A stretch of DNA of 64,000 nt, taken from assembly GCF_009914755.1 (NCBI RefSeq), contig NC_060945.1; one strand, 5' to 3'. Position numbers and translations under genes: made by a program. Positions 17,052 to 31,691 of this stretch are shown here, in pieces (position 1 is the first letter of the stretch; the number at the start of each line of letters is the position of its first letter). This DNA comes from the human T2T-CHM13v2.0 reference genome, Homo sapiens. The notes under the pieces were generated by a model. The model searched no databases. It was not told the origin of the DNA and worked only from the letters and a program-made list of their open reading frames with translations.

Positions 17052-18287
17052 AATCTCTAACTGTACAAGTTGTAGAGACAGGATGCACATTTCACAAAAT
17101 AAAATAAAAGCACTATCAATTAAAAGATCAATGTAAAAGATCTTTGGCGTAGCCACTGCTGTGCGGGTTCCACCTGGACAATTCTTAGCACTGAAACTAG
17201 CCTGAATTAACAGCTGGGAGGCAGTGCAAGAGGGGCGGACTGGAAAGACATGAGACCAAACGAAATGGCAAAGAAAGGAGATGAATGGTAGGGTGAGGAA
17301 GAGGAGGGACTGAAGTGACAGCAAATAAAATTTAACCTCCAGTCCTCCCACGCTCGCTCTGGCCTGCTCCGGCCACCCGCAGGACCCTGAAGCCCAATGA
17401 GACAGCTCAGATACTTCTGTGTGACAACCGCACCAGCCAGGTCATCTACTAAACACAAAGTAACAGAGAGCATCTTAAACATGACCTGTCATATCCAGGG
17501 GACTGTATGACAAAGGTAAGATAGTTGATTTCTGCTCTTGGAAGCTTACCATTTATTCAAGAGCAGCCACCAATAAACCACACAGCCAAGAAACCCAGAG
17601 AAGGTGATCTCGAAGCCTACGCTGAGTAGAACAGGCAAAGCTGTACAGGAGAGTTAACGGAAGAGGGAGGTATCTGCAGGCCCTGGGCAAGAGGCTAGGC
17701 CTGGCAGCGACAGCTTTGACCCAGCAGGAAGAGAGTGGAAAGGCATGAAGACAGGCTGGCTCCGGAAGACGGAGGAGAAGGGTCAGACCAGGAGAGGTGG
17801 CGACAGTGGTGTTGGGAGCAGAGAGCCCACTGGGGAGGTAGACCCGGGACCCCGGGTTTATTACAGGAAATAAACACAAAGAGAATCCTACTTGAGGTGC
17901 ACACTGTCCCGGATGGGGATTTGGGCTGCGTGCAGACGACGGGGTTGGAAGCCTGCGTCAGGACCCTCGGGGCGTACTGGGGCACGGGGGACGGGTAGTA
18001 CTGAGCCGGATGCACCTCGTAGACAGTGGGGACCACAGTGGGCTGTGCGGGATAGGGGTTTTCCGGTTGGTATCCATGGTTTTCATAGTAAGGTCCAATA
18101 GCTGGTGGTGACCCCTAAACAGTTGAAAAGAAGATGAATAATATAAAACTCTTATTTGCACTAAAGGGTTACATACAAACTATCACATCATACCACAGCT
18201 ATACCAATGATCTTTTAAATTGATAATGTTTTTATTTTATTTTGTGAAATATGCATCCTGTCTATACAACTTGTACAGTTAGAGATT
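17052..18287. repeat. Inverted repeat pair, arms 17052-17130 and 18208-18287, flanking exon 3
   Basis: Manual alignment, 75/80 identical. Confidence 0.93.
17892..18114 (-). CDS. TMPRSS2: TMPRSS2 exon 3 (223 nt; Pro/Tyr-rich cytoplasmic tail)
   Basis: TTTAG|GGGTCACC...ACCTCAA|GTAGGA; GSPPAIGPYYENHGYQPENPYPAQPTVVPTVYEVHPAQYYPSPVPQY... Confidence 0.98.
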
Positions 18288-18324
18288 AATAAGAAAGTGA
18301 CAAGATATTAAAAAGGTACTACAA

Positions 18325-18638
<314 letters not shown>

Positions 18639-18857
18639 CTACAGATTCTCCCTAGGTGTCTACAACTATGTCAAACATTGAACTTATTTAGAATAAAAAC
18701 TAACCAGAACTTTCAATTACCAAAGTTTTTTGTTTTGGTTTGGTTTTACTATTCATTCTTTTTTTCTTACATGTCTATTTATTAAACAGGAGTTCCTTCA
18801 TGACAATTTAATACAATATTTATTCACGATTACAGTTGAGAAAATTATTTCCCTCTA

Positions 18858-19443
<586 letters not shown>

Positions 19444-20365
19444 TTAAAATTAAAAAAAAAAAAAAGTGGCAGACATTGGGATTTAGTAAAATATAGTAAT
19501 AATTTTAAAAAGTTGTGTAGAGGTTTGGAGTTAGAATCCATTAAGCCAAAATCCTGTACTTTTAGTTCCTCCAGTCTTTTCCTTGAATATTGATATACAA
19601 AACTGTAAACTAGCAATATCATAATTATAATGAGAAGAATAATAGCTAACATTGGAGAACTCAGCTGCCGCCAGGCTCCTGTACTCATAATCTCCTTGAG
19701 CGCTCACCATAATCCCTCCCGCTGCCAGCGAGACTGGCACAGGTATGAATTAATACAAACATTTTGCAGAGAAAAAAACTGAGTGAAGAAATGTTCCTAA
19801 AGGAGCATAGTCTCTGTGTTATCCTGCAAATACCTCTTCTACATCCTCTTCTCTCATATAAGGAATGTATCGTCATTCACTCACCATCTGCTATTAATGG
19901 AAATTTGAGTGGTTCACAACATGGGCTGTTAGCAGCTCTGCTGCAATAAACATTCTGACACATTACATGCATTTTTGTGCAGAGGGTAGAAAGGTGTAGC
20001 TAAATCCCTTTAAATGAAATTTCTGGGTCAGAGTGTGGCCATACATAAATGTGAAAGGAACTGCCTAGAAGTAGCATTTTATTCTCAGCTCCATCCTTCA
20101 GCTGGTGCCTATCTTCTTAGAATGCCCACCTCCCCTTCCTCAGCCTACTTAAAAATTGCCTTCCCGAGACCTACCCTGTCAAGACTCGCCCCAAACAGGC
20201 CACTCTGGGCCCCACCAGCCCACATCTTCCCCTTCTTTCAGCTCTCCCCGGTTACCTGTTGGCTGGGCCACTCTGGGAGGCCACGTTTTCCTCTTATCTG
20301 TATCTAAGGGCCCCCATGCAAAACTTTTTCCTATTCATTAATTTCTGCCTCTTGTCTCTCTCTCC

Positions 20366-20672
<307 letters not shown>

Positions 20673-21653
20673 CCTGCCCCTTGTCTCTTATTGACCTCAG
20701 AGAATGACAGCAAGTTTGTACTCAATGGACAGGTGTTCTGAGCAGAGGCAGCATAGCTCTTAGAACTTTAAATGAGGCCTCCAGGGAAGTTGATTACAAT
20801 GGAATGAGCCAAACAAGGCCCGCAGAGTTCACCTCCACTTAATAACTCACTAATGCTGTCCTTCAAAAGTCCGAAGATTACAGCTCTGAACCAGAGCAGC
20901 ACACAGAGGGAAAACACAAGGTAATCTCTCATCTAAATGAGGGAGTCAGAGGCTGCAATCTCAGCCATCTAAGAACTTGCCATCCACTAGCAAGCAGGTT
21001 TGTCCCTGAAAATTCCTGAGCAGTGGACTTGAAATTAAACACAGACCCAGTAAAAAATGAATATCAGTAACAAATAAAGGGGAAAACAAGGTCTATTTTC
21101 CAGATATAGAATCTAGGAAGTGTTTAAAACTCTTTACTAAATGCACTTATTTTAGGTATAAGGCAAACGGGCCAGTTACAATGGGGAGCAGAGATTAGCC
21201 ACATTTGTCTCCAAAGGGAGTGGGCTCCAGGGAGAGGGAAGGCCCGCCCATGCCTCATGCAGTTATGACTTTTCCTAGTCCTTCAGTTGGGCATCGATGG
21301 GATCCCACGTGGGTCTCTTCCCTGGAACATACCCCTGTTATCGCCATCCTGCCTCATCTGTCCCCACTCCTTGTCCCTGCCCCCTGCCCTGCAAAGCAGG
21401 AAGGGATGAGGTCAAGGTGAGAATGCATATCACCCACGTGTACCCAACAGCCATGGCTCTTGCGACTCACCTGGGCAGCTGTGTGGCTGCGCACCTGACT
21501 CACTCTTTCTAGAGGGTGCCTTGAACAGCATCAGCGTGGCCCGGCGTTCCCTACAAATAGCCCTTGCAATTGCTGACCCCAAACAATGTTGGGAATAACA
21601 GAAGGGACAAGGGAACAAAGAAAAGGCCAGGAAGGTAATAATTAACCACTTAC

Positions 21654-21724
21654 TGAGTTCAAAGCCATCTTGCTGTTATCAACAGCATCGAGTAATGATA
21701 GGTATCTGGAATGTTCAATATGAC
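21654..21724 (-). CDS. TMPRSS2: TMPRSS2 exon 2 (71 nt); canonical ATG at 21668 (MALNS); fully coding in the long isoform
   Basis: TCTAG|GTCATATTG...AAGATGGCTTTGAACTCA|GTAAGT; strong Kozak (A-3, G+4). Confidence 0.98.
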
Positions 21725-22870
21725 CTAGAAGAAAGAATTACAGGACTGTAATATTTCCATACCAGTTAGTTTTTAGAAGATAAATCTGGAAAGAACTAGA
21801 AGAATCTCTAGATGAAGGTTACCTACAACAAAGACCAGTGTTGCCTGCTGACCTTTGGCCTGCATCTTCACCACTGCTTCCCCACATCCCTCCATATTTA
21901 AGGACTTTGGGACCCACTTGTGCCTTAGAGGTTACAGCAGAAGCACTCTCCTCTGGGATCAGAGTGGGTAGGAGGATGGGGTGCAATTGTAAGTGCAGCG
22001 GCCAGGACAGCCTGACCAGAAAGAAGAAGGAACACACTCAGTGACTCAAACATCCATCGGGAAGGGCTCTCAGGGGACTGCCTGGGGCTCAAGGCCACCC
22101 ACAACTCCAGTGCCACTAAGCCCAGGCATCCTGCTGGACTTAACCCAGTTCTCACCAGGAAGCTGTGATATCCCCTATACAGAACATCTACTCAAGGGAG
22201 ACTGTATGGCATAAAACACTGAAGAAACACGACAAGGTAACTAAACCCATCAATGTCAGCAGAGATTAAGGACAAGATGGGCCCAGGAGGGAAAGACCTG
22301 GGCCAGTTCCTGGCAACACAGCTCCCTGGAAGTGTCGATGTGTGAGTTACTGAACCTTGTTGAAATCTCAGGGTCCTCATGGGAAAACGGACAAAGCAAT
22401 CACCACAGTTGTGTTAAGCTGAGGGTTGTGGGAGAGTGGGGAAAGAGTGCCTCACAGTACTAGGAACTGAGGAAGAGCAGGTGCAATCAGACCGTCTTTC
22501 CCCGAGAACGTCCACAGGCACTGCCAGTAGCCACCCACTGCCCAGCGGGTGGTTCAGGGCTCAGCACCAAATACAGCTCACAGTTGACTTTTTAAAGCAG
22601 GCCATGTGGGCCCTCTCAATTTTTAATAGATACATACGCTTAAAATAATCCATAAAACATGTCCACAGTCACTCCATTTACTACCCCAAACCCAAAAAAG
22701 AAAGAAATTCAGAGCCAACCATTTTGACCACTGCTAAGATTAGCAGTAATGAAAAGAAAGCTGTGGGCCATTTTGCTTGTTGTCCTTTGTGAACAGTTAA
22801 CAATAATAGCTAGAGATGCCGTCAACACGAAATGCTGTATAGTAAAGCCGCATTCTGACATCACTCTCCA

Positions 22871-23355
22871 TGGACAAAGACTCTTCGCTTGATCAAACTT
22901 ATATCAAGCTCCTGAACCTTCTAGGCCATCTGTGCATTTCCTTGTAAAATCCAGTTTTAGCAAAAAACCTTGCTCAGTCAGTTTAGCCAGAACCTCCCAC
23001 CCTCGGTATCTGATCACTCTGGATATCTGATCGGGTTCCTCAGCCTCCACCGTGCCACAGGTGATGTCTGATCACCCAGCCTGTCTTCAGCAAGAATCCT
23101 GTTTGGTTGGTTTAGCCAGAATCCCCCTTACCCTTGATGTTTTCTCTTTGTGATTTTTCCACCCACCAACCCCACCCTGATCCTTGGTTATAAATTAACT
23201 CCCACTTGCCCATACTGTACTCAAGCGGATCCCAGTCTCTTCTTCCCACTGCAAAATCTGCTGGCTGTGGTCCCTGTACCTGCCTCCGTGGTCCTGAATA
23301 AAGTTCGCTTCACCATTTTAACAAGTCTCATTGGACGATTTTTTTTTCTTTAACA
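22871..23355 (+). mobile_element. MER31-like LTR in intron 1
   Basis: gacaaagactct..ttgatcaaactt start, AATAAA, ..tttaaca end. Confidence 0.75.
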
Positions 23356-24734
23356 TGCACCTTCCTGAGCAAATAAAGGGCTTTTTTCCACCCCTTCCCG
23401 CTTGGCTTTAAATGACCAAAGAATATTTTAAGAAACGGGGTTCAAGATTATCCGTCCACAAGACCATGTTCCCAATGAGGGAACAAGAACCTGGAGGAGG
23501 CTCTGGGCTTCGGACCTGGCCAGACCAGTGTCCACTGTCTGTGACATGCCCACAGAAGAATATTTCCCAGTTGCTGGCACAAAGCAGGTGCTCAAACAGC
23601 AGCAGGCAGCACTGGGCAGCGGTTCAGCCCCTGACCTCTGAGACTAGACTCTAGATCCAAACTCAGGCTCAGCCACTCACTCTCCATGACCTGGAGGAAG
23701 CTATTGAAGGTTCTGTGCCTCAGTTTCCCCATCTGCAAATGCAGATAATAGTAACACCTACCTCCAGGGCATTCCATGAGTTAATACTAATGAAGTGCTT
23801 CATGCTTAGCATAAAATGAGTGCTATATAACTTTCCATTAAATAAGAGGAATTATAAAGCTGATAAACATTTAACAACCTGCTGAAGGAAAAGAGGGCTG
23901 TCTTGATTCGCAGGTTTGCCTTCGGTAAGTATTCCCAGGCTACCAACATGAAGCCCACCACGGAGCCAAGTAGAGTGGGGCCGGCTTCAGTACACCATCG
24001 CTTTCCTGTGTCCTAAGCAGAACTGGTTGCTGAATCATTAAACTATAAAACCCCAACAGCCTGCCATGAATGAAAATGAGTATATGGCTTTTTAGTCTCG
24101 AGAAACCTCACCCAACAGGTTACAACAAACATGCACCAATCATTTATTTACTCTTCAATTACAGATAAAAATACAAGAACCAGGTCATGTTGTAGCTTTG
24201 GGACTTTTTCTAGGATTAAAACTAAAGTTCACACCTTCCTGGGTATAAGGAAAGGAAAGTGACTAATGTACAGGTGGGAAGGATCACCATTTAAAATGTA
24301 TCAAAAACGTTTAAGCCTTTTAGCCACATCTTAACAGACCTTGCCTATGTCTGCTTTGTGAAGAGAGAGGATCCTCAGGCTTGACAACACAATAAATCCC
24401 GCATTCTTGTCTCATAAGCAGGACAGAACTCAGTACCATCCTAAGATTGCTTTCAAAGAGTCCTGCCTAACCAAACACATCCTCATGCCTCTGGTTTCTC
24501 GGCTCTCCTATCTCCCCAGTTACAGGTTTGGTTGAAGTTTCAGGAAGTGAAAATTCGATCCCATTGGCAGCTCTCCCAGCTCAGAAGCCCTCTGAAAGGA
24601 GTGAAGAATCAATACTCAAAACCCACACTTGCTATTCATTCACGATCCCTAACAAGGAAGCCAGGGAAGGAAGGAACACCGGGAGCCACCACCATTAATT
24701 GTCAAATAAAAGCCATGGGACCCAGAGGCAGTCA

Positions 24735-25277
<543 letters not shown>

Positions 25278-28200
25278 TCACATTCAGTCCTGTTCATCTT
25301 CAAAACAGGCATTTCCTCATTCACACAAGCTTGTACATCGCATTAACTCATTTCTGAAAGGAGCAAGACGTAAAGTAGATGGCGAGAGACAATGCTGTTT
25401 AGCGAATGCTTGCTCCTGTCATTTAAAGGACCGGGATGATGGCTCTCAATTCTGGAAAGCCAGCCACCATGAGCACTTGGGGAAATTTTCCTTTAAGTGT
25501 GAAAGAGCAACAGTGGGTGGCACTCAGGCTCCATTCCTGGCTGGCAGGGAGCTCTTCCTTCAATACAGACAGTGTCACCCACTTGAATCTCACAATGGCA
25601 CACAGCTGTCCTCGCACTGTTTTGGTCCATCCTGGACTGAGAGCTGAGTCAGCCCATGAGTCACCTGCCTGGCCACCATGCAGCAGGACGATGCTGTGGC
25701 ATCGTATCCGCATCCCATGACATGATGAAGTTACTGCCAAAACAAGAATCTTTTCTCCTAGTTTCTCTCCTCTGGAGATCTCAGGACACGTTTACTGGAG
25801 ACTTACTTTCCAAACAACCAAGCCAACGCGAATGAAGTTAGGCTTGTAGACACTGACTCCCACCCAAGATCCAGGGGTATTCTCTGCAATGAAGTCTCCA
25901 CTGACCTCACCGTGCACCATTGTGCACACACCTTCTCCTTCTCGAAGCCCCCACCTGTGACTGGTACGGTTCGAGTTGCTGGAGGTGTGAGAGGGAACAG
26001 ACAGCCTCAGACTCAGTGCCCCTTCTTCAAAATCCAGACAGCACCACCACCACCATCCACGGACACATCCCAGCCAATGACCAAATCATCAAAAAGAGCC
26101 CTTTATGCCAAAATAACCGCACTAATATCACATTATACAACGAGATGTTCTATCCTCCTAAGGATAGAATGCATGACTAAATGAGTTAGCCAACAGTGGA
26201 TTTCAGTGGCTGTTCAGCAGAAACTTGTTTATGTATAATCAGGTAAATTGCATACACAATGATTGGCACAAGAGTTCTACTGAGAGAGAAAGGTTGAGCG
26301 AGAAACAGAAAGATCACCTTAGGAGAGGTATTGCCTGCATCATCCAAGTTTCTTTTCCTGTGAATGACTCATTGTCCCAAAGAGATTACAAACTTTTTAG
26401 GGCAGATATCAGGTCTGGTTCTCTCTCTTTCTGTTTGTTTTTTAAATCTCACTTTGTAGCTTACAAAGACAGTATTTAAATGTTTTTATGGAGTTCTTAC
26501 CACCTGTACCCCAAAAACTATTGGGGAAAAATTAATAAGCATGTTTGGCAAAGTTGAGGGATACAAGATCAATATAAAAATCTATGTGTTTTTATATACC
26601 AACAACAGATGATCGGAAATGTAAATTTGAAATACAATGCAATTTGCAGGAAAAAATATATATTTTTTGAGTTCCAAAGGCCAAATGAGTAAGATGAAAT
26701 TTAGCAGAGGGCGATAAGATGCCCACACCCAGACAACACCAGCAGCCCAAGTCAGGACAGTGGGTGACCTCCCAGGAGTCCAGGTGCCTCAAGCTGAGTG
26801 CAACCTGGCATGACAGGCAGGCAGGCGGCAGAGGCCCTCAGGTCACTCCAGGCGGAGACTTCAACACCACACACAAGCCACTGGCTGAGGCTTAAAGAAC
26901 TTGTCCAAGTCAATCTGTAAAATGGGGATGATACAGAAATAGGGTTGTTGCAGGGATTAAGTGAGAAAGCAAGGCCGTAGCTCAGTGCCCAACCCATGGT
27001 GAGCACTCAATAATAACATAATGATGGCAGATAAGGTTTATCTTCCAACACGTAAGAGCCGGCTATGTGGAAAAGGAATTCAGTTTATTCTGCATACATC
27101 CAAAGGACAATACCAGAATCATGATCAGAATTTCCAGAAGAGCAGGCTTGGATTCTATCTGGGGAAATCAAGGTTCCAACAATTAGAAAGTTCACATATG
27201 GCCTGGAGCTACCTTAGAATGTACCGAATTCCTCAAACCTAAAAATGTATGTTTCAAGACTGGAGGATCATTTCTCCAACATATTCCAGAACAGAATTAG
27301 GCTTGAGCATCAAGACCAGACATAGTGATCTTTCATATTACTCCCAACTCCTTATAAATGCATCATCACCAGTGAACTTGAAAATGTCAGCAAATTCTCT
27401 GTTATCAGTATCTTGCACAAAGAACTCCAAGCCCATCGTCCCTAGAAAGCATGGTCTCCCATGACCCCTGGGCTATACTGCAGTGGGGTCAGGCTGAGTG
27501 CCCCGCCAGGACAGCCCCTTGGAAAGCAATGGCCTTAAAGGGAATTTGACACTGCATTGTGCACCTCGTACAAACAAGCAATAATAAAAAGCCTCAGCTT
27601 AGTTCCATCTGCCAAGTCAGACCTCGCTTGAAAATATTTTTCTAACAAATCCAATTGTCACAACCTCTCATTCTGAGTCCCACTTGACAGCCCCGATTTT
27701 TCCACCTAGTCTGCCCTTGAGTGAACTTCCAGACTTCTGCTGCCACAACCACAAGCCAAGGTGCCCTTCAAACACTTCCTGCTTTCTTACCACAACTCTG
27801 TGCCCTAAACTCCTCCTGCCCTCCTGCCATGGATGCCCAATGGCTCAGCGCCATCCACACATAGATGTCAGAGCCCTCACCTCCCTCTCCCAGACTCACC
27901 TCCAGGAGGATGAAAAGCCTGTCTTCGAGTTTCCTGCCCTCTCAAACTTCACTCTGTTTACAACAAAAGTAACCACCCACACCCCTGCCAGAAAACCAGC
28001 CTCGACTCCCAACCAGCGCATTTCCACTCATTCAGTTCCTCTCTCCTGACCATTGCTCAGCAACCAGGAATAACCAAGTCCCAGATCAGGCTCTGCCTCC
28101 TCCTGGAGCCCAGCCTCTGTTCTAGGTCATGCTGAAGAGCTGCCTGTGTGCTCAACCAAGCTGCTACCCTGTCACAGATCCCCCTTTTGCTCCTCCTTGG

Positions 28201-31200
28201 GTGTCCACAGGCTCGGTGGGGCCAAGGTGGTCAATGGCCATGGGGACATCATAAGCCCCCTTCTTCACACCCAGGCCCATACCCCTGGTGCTTGCAAGTC
28301 AGGGCTTCCCAAATCACCCTTAGGGCCAGGAGGGGCCCCACAAAGGCTGACTCCATACAGGCCTCAGCTCTCAGGTACATAATGCTCCTGCACCCCAATC
28401 CTGAGGCCACGCAGTGCATCCCATATTGGAGGATCCCCTGGCAGGTGTCCTGGAAAGTAAGGAGGGGCGGGGAAGAGTAGCAAAGGCCTGGTGACTGTGG
28501 GATGAGGGACACTCAGGGAGTGCAGAGCAGGAGGGACCAGAGAGCAGAAATGCACCTGGGCCTTCAATGCTCCTGGGCTCTCTGGTTCCCCACAGGGAGC
28601 TCTCCCTGCCCTCACTCTCCCCACTAGCAAGGCCACTTTCCAAGTCTTCAGCAACCAAAACTGAACAAGCACTCCATTGACCATTCACCTTTCCTTTCTA
28701 CCTCAATGTCCAAGGCTTAGATCTGATCAGTGCTCCCCAAACCCAGAATTTTCAAGAGGGCTTAGAAAAATAAATAAATAAATAAGATGCCTGGGCCCCA
28801 TTCTCAGAGTCTGATGTAATAATTGGGACCAAGGCAATGATCCCATATTATTACGAAGATCCCCTAGGGAATCTTGCCGCAGATTCAGGTGGAAAAGGGT
28901 AAGAGTTATCAGCCAGACTTTTGGTTTACATTTCCTGGTAGGGGGACAACACACTCGGATGATGATGATCGTGGTGGTGGTGGTTACTGGCATAAGGTAC
29001 TGCACGCATCTACCTTTTCACCTACAGGACATTTGCACCAGCGTCTTGTCACTCAATGCCCCCATGGCCTAGGAGGTCAGCCCTCCGCAGGCCCCCTTTC
29101 AGAGTTCCAGGCACTCTGGCCATGTCATACTGCTAGAGGGAGCAGCACGGAGCCCAGGTAGGGCTGTGGGCAGGGGCTGGGCTCTTTCAGGTCGGGGAGA
29201 ACCAGAGCCTGGCCCAGGAACAAGCCCTTTTCAATCAGGATTCCGGGCGCCTTGTTTCCAGCTTCCTTCCCTCCTTTCCTCCACTTGCTGGTAACATTCC
29301 AACATCCTGGAGGGAGAACCCAGGGAAGGATCAAAAGGAATCCGTACTGTGCCGATTGTCACTAAAGCCCCTTCTAAGCATCCTGTGTCTCCAACTCAGA
29401 GCCCGACACTGGAAGCACTGACCTATGGAGCCAGACAGGCCATGTTTATCCCCAGTTCTGCCCCTTACAGGTTACAAGATCTTGGACAAGCTTCCCAACC
29501 TCTCTTCCCCAGTTTCCTTACAATTGAGTTAAGTACATTATAAAGGGTTTGCAATGATGCCTGGCTGAAAAAAGTGCCACATCAATGTCTGTGGTTATTA
29601 TTATAATGCCAGTGCAGCCAAATATACTCCTACAATTAAGGTGACTTGAGTTCAAGATAGAGTGGCCAACGGTGCCAGGCAGGCCAGCACCTAGCAACCT
29701 GGGAGGCCCTGCCTGAGGCTCCAGCAACAGCACAAGCTTGTTGTTAGAAGGTTGTCCTTGGCTGGTGGGAATAAGGGAAGCTGCTGGGGACCAAACAAAT
29801 GTCCAAGCAGAGAACAAAAGCCCAGCCAGCTCACCAGCTGATAATTAAAAATAACCAGAGGCCGAGGTGTAGATGGCCATCTCCAGGCAGAGGTCTCAGC
29901 CCGTAGGTTGCACCCCGAACTCTCCAGCCTAGTGTGTCCTTACCCGAGGGTGTTGCTAGGTTTCATTCTAACCTCACCTGTCCAGTAGTTCTGTAGCGGA
30001 GCAGGGCAGGTCCTACTTCTTCAAAAGCACTCAGTAAAGGTGGGGAAGTCCTGAGCAACCTCCAGTGACTTTCTGGGGGAGCTCCCGGTTACCTAGCCCA
30101 CCAGGTCCTCCCTTCACAGCAGCAGCTCAGGAGCCAGGACTGACTTAGCTACTTGCGTCCCCAAGGCCCTTTGCGCTGGTAAACTCTCCCTGCCACACTC
30201 CCAACCCCCATCCTTCCTTCAGGGGAGGCTGGCTGCATCCCCACTTCCTGGAGTACCTTCCCAGATCTCCTGGGACAGGTCAACAAACTTAGTCTCACTT
30301 TAGGTTTTCCAAATGCCTTGTAACTGGGCTGCGTAGCCTTTGTAATTTTCCATGATTCGGGAGGTTCTCGCGGCTGGGAGCTCCGTGAGGTCAGGCATTG
30401 CCTTGGGCGCGATGCGCTCATCTTTCCCGCGGGACCACTGCACAGGTTCGCACGGAGGGAAGGGCTGCGCAGCCTCGAAGGCGAGCCCTGGGTGCTCCCT
30501 GCCCACAGGGCTCACCTCGGGCCGCCGTGCTATCCTTTCCTTCCCAAACAAGCCACCAGGATTCCTCGTGATTAGGGCTGCCACCAGGGCGTTCTGAACA
30601 GGATTCAGGGCCACCGCGCTGTGCTCTACGGCGGAGCGGGCGAAGGCCCTCCTCTGCCACAAGCGCTCAGGGCTCTCGGCGCACAAACTTTCTGGACATG
30701 GGGCAGTTTTTCAGCTGGACCCGTGCTCGAGCAGAGCGCCCACTGCCAGACTGGAGCACTTGACCACTCAGGGTGCCACTGTGCCGAGCCGGGCAGGACA
30801 GGATGAGGTGGACCGAAGCGCCCAGGTGCCCCGCCTTCCCCCCAACCCGGCACGGAGCGCAAGCGGAGGAGCCAGACCGGCTCCTCCCGGGCGGGTTCCT
30901 GCCGGTGCCGGGTGTCCAGGAGGCCCCGGCCCTGATCGCCGCCAGCGGGTCGCCGCAACGGGGCCTGAGTCGCGAGCAGTCCCTCCCCGAGACTGACTGG
31001 CCGTTCGCACCTCGCCCGGGGGCCCTCCAGCAGCCTGGCCCAGCGGTCCCCGCCGCGCCGGCCGTATCGTTCCCGGCATCTCAGCGAGTTTCCAGTTTCT
31101 CCCTACCTCAGTAGGGAACCAAGAAGCAGAAGGAGTTCAGGTAACACTGCGGGACTGCAGAGATTTCCCCCAAACAAAGAAGCCAACCGACAGCACTCCC

Positions 31201-31482
31201 AGTCCTCCTACCCAAAGAGAAAAGGCGCACCGGTGCTCCCAGGCGGGGGCCGTGGAGGGCAGGCGGACTAGGAGCCAGCTTTGGGGACCCCGGGGGACTC
31301 TCTTCCACCAACTGGCTAGGGACTCGCAGGACCACCTGCCCCAACCTCGCGATGCCAAGCCAACAGGGGCGGCGAGGGCTCTCGGCCGTGCGCAAGGGGT
31401 CCCAGGCGCCCAGCACTCTCCCAGCACCCCGGGAGGCGCCCTGCCCGGCTGGCCCCAGCGCTCGACCCTCGGGCGCACTCAC

Positions 31483-31537
31483 CTGCCGCGCCGCGCTCCT
31501 CACACCCGCTTTCACCTCCGGGCGGGGCAGGGGGCAT
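31483..31537 (-). CDS. TMPRSS2: Coding part of the alternative first exon (long isoform, +37 aa: MPPAPPGGESGCEERGAAG|HIEHSRYLSLLDAVDNSK)
   Basis: ATG at 31537, donor GCAG|GTGAGT at 31483; 55 nt splices in frame through exon 2 to the canonical ATG. Confidence 0.93.
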
Positions 31538-31613
31538 CGGCGGGTCCCAGGCGCCCAGGTTCCCCTCCCCAGCCCGGACCCCGAGCCGGGACCCTGGTAC
31601 CGGCGCCGCTCAC

Positions 31614-31691
31614 CTGCCGCGCTCCAGGCGGCGCTCCCCGCCCCTCGCCCTCCGCCTCCGCCTCCGCCTCCTGCTTAGCTCGCGCCTACTA
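31614..31691 (-). other. TMPRSS2: TMPRSS2 non-coding exon 1 (about 78 nt), the usual 5' partner exon of TMPRSS2-ERG fusions
   Basis: AGTAGGCGCGAGCTAAGCAGGAGGCGGAGG...GCGCGGCAG|GTGAGC matches the recalled mRNA 5' end. Confidence 0.95.

Noticed and set aside
25436-25720. Plus-strand ORF beginning MMALNSG, like the TMPRSS2 N-terminus
   Set aside because: Opposite strand, different codons, no similarity beyond 6 aa; most likely coincidence
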